From positions 1-33,861 of the IMG/VR virus record IMGVR_UViG_3300025267_000058: a DNA stretch of 33,861 bases. The stretch is one strand, 5' to 3'. A program made the position numbers and the translations under genes. The stretch is from a virus (Duplodnaviria; Caudoviricetes). Every line of letters begins with the position of its first letter. Position 1 is the stretch's first letter. This document shows positions 32,361 through 33,861 of the stretch, one piece after another. The notes beneath the pieces are model-generated. The model saw only the letters and a list, made by a program, of their open reading frames with translations, did not search any database and was not told the origin of the DNA.

Positions 32361-33861
32361 TTAGAACGGACCCCCATACTGCTGCTTCAATTGATTTAAA
32401 ATGACCTGACTAGCACGACTACCAACACCAGTACCTCCAGCACCACTACCAGTACCTCCAGCACCACTACCAGTACCTCCAGCACCAGCACCTCCAGTAC
32501 CTCCAGCACCACCAGAAACAGCAGCTACGGCAGCAGCTATCCTTCTAACACCTTCATCACTATTTAATGCTGCCTCTTGTGCTGCATAAACTGTACCAGA
32601 TTTTTTACCTATTCCCCATTTTTTAGCAGCTTCATCAATTATTTTACGAGCTTCATTCTTAGCAGCCATACCTGCAAGACTTTGCTCCTCTCTACCTCCC
32701 GGCATAAAAGAAATTCCAGTATCAGGATTTTTTATTGTTTGTAGTAAAACTGGTAGATCTGCACCACGTATTCCCATAGTATATCCTTTAGTATCTCCTT
32801 TTAATTTCTCTTCAGCTTCAGCAATAAGTTTAGCAATCGTAGCATCTTTAATTTGATTACCCTTTAAGAAAGTTATTTTCTCCCTAACTTTATCTCTAAG
32901 TTCAGACGGCAGACTTAATAATCTTTTTCTTAAAGAAGAATTTCTTTCAAATATATTTAAAGCCCTTCTTTCTTTTTTCTCTAGCTGTTCTTTCTCAAGT
33001 CCAAACTCTTCCCCTAACATCTCAAGTTCAGCTAACTTAATTTCTTTTTTATCAGCTTTTGTTAGTTTACCAGCTTTCTCTATTCCTCTAATTATTCCCA
33101 TAGCAATAGTAGGTTCATCCATTGCTGCTGATATAGCACTCTGAATATTAGAAAAGGGATATTCTTCTTCTCCTATTAATTCTTTTTTTCTTTTCAGGTA
33201 GGCATCCAGTAATTCTTTTTCTCTTCCTTCACTTGATGAAAATATATCCTGTATTTCGCCTATACTTTTTTCCCTCATAGCCCTAACTTTTTCTGGATCT
33301 AATTGTGGATTTTCCCCTAAAGCTATTGTTTCACTATCAACTTCTACTTTCTCTCTAAGACCGGGAAGAGTAAAAAGAGGTTTATCAACTTCTTCAACTA
33401 CATCTATTTGTTCCAGCTTATCCCAAACCCCTCCACTATTCTGTCTCCTAACCACAGGAAGATTAGACAATCCAGACAGTCTACCTCCCTTTGCTCTCAT
33501 GGCTCCACCTAACATACCTTTACCAGCAGCACCCCAGTTAAAACCTTGAGTACCACCCATAGTACCAGCACCATAAATATTAAGTCCTGTTAATCCCAGA
33601 CCAAGCATCTGCTGTCCAATTCCCGGCGCACCCGGAGTTCCAGTAGTTGTTGTAGTCCTAGAAGGTATTCTAGCTAAAGGATTACCATAAACCATACCAG
33701 AATAATCGGCCAGTGTTTGTTGTGGAAAGGATCGTTCTTCCAGAAATTTACCATAAGCCTCATCAAGTGCTGACTGAGCTAATTCTCTTTTCTGTTGACC
33801 TACAGTTTGTAAAGCTCCCTGTTCAGCTAATCCAGCCTGAAATAATGCAGGACCAGTTCTA
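32361..33861 (-). CDS. probable internal virion protein, 5'-truncated
   Basis: Frame stays open past 33695 to the window edge (...GALQTVGQQKRELAQSALDEAYGKFLEERSFPQQTLADYSGMVYG...); Gln/Gly/Ala-rich. Confidence 0.7.
   Translation of the reverse strand, partial: RTGPALFQAGLAEQGALQTVGQQKRELAQSALDEAYGKFLEERSFPQQTLADYSGMVYGNPLARIPSRTTTTTGTPGAPGIGQQMLGLGLTGLNIYGAGTMGGTQGFNWGAAGKGMLGGAMRAKGGRLSGLSNLPVVRRQNSGGVWDKLEQIDVVEEVDKPLFTLPGLREKVEVDSETIALGENPQLDPEKVRAMREKSIGEIQDIFSSSEGREKELLDAYLKRKKELIGEEEYPFSNIQSAISAAMDEPTIAMGIIRGIEKAGKLTKADKKEIKLAELEMLGEEFGLEKEQLEKKERRALNIFERNSSLRKRLLSLPSELRDKVREKITFLKGNQIKDATIAKLIAEAEEKLKGDTKGYTMGIRGADLPVLLQTIKNPDTGISFMPGGREEQSLAGMAAKNEARKIIDEAAKKWGIGKKSGTVYAAQEAALNSDEGVRRIAAAVAAVSGGAGGTGGAGAGGTGSGAGGTGSGAGGTGVGSRASQVILNQLKQQYGGPF
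32427..32510 (-). repeat. 21-bp coding tandem repeat (GAGGTGS units)
   Basis: ACCAGTACCTCCAGCACC(ACT) at 32427, 32448 and 32469, plus a degenerate copy. Confidence 0.9.

Noticed and set aside
1-33861. Prophage or integration features
   Set aside because: No integrase, repressor or host genes in the window; the content fits a lytic phage, though the rest of the genome is unseen

Overview
This is a 33.9-kb, AT-rich segment of a lytic, T7-supergroup-like dsDNA podophage, most likely marine and infecting Alphaproteobacteria. The two-arm layout, T7-type primase-helicase and Pol A, B12-dependent class II RNR and absence of an RNA polymerase in this window resemble SIO1/cobavirus-like (Zobellviridae) phages; this placement is inference. 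Layout: (i) TerL on the minus strand at the left, starting the structural arm; (ii) a ~530-bp non-coding divergence region that probably holds the genome ends; (iii) a plus-strand arm with pre-early and early small genes, a replication/nucleotide module, hsp20, a glycosyltransferase/methyltransferase/Maf-like cluster, holin, IscA and TerS; (iv) the converging end of the minus-strand structural arm (internal virion proteins, M15 endolysin). Several near-consensus sigma70 promoters and three intrinsic terminators are readable. Highlights the ORF track does not show: a 41-aa ArfA-like ribosome-rescue peptide (6736-6861), a ROSE-type RNA thermometer on hsp20, a probably leaderless TerL mRNA, a repeated translation-initiation cassette on the pre-early genes, an IHF site at the pre-early/early boundary, a compact H-type pseudoknot, and a putative glycan-modification system built around a 793-aa GT-like/MTase/Maf fusion. 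All protein family calls come from motif recognition, not database searches. Many start codons were moved from the ORF track using RBS and promoter positions.
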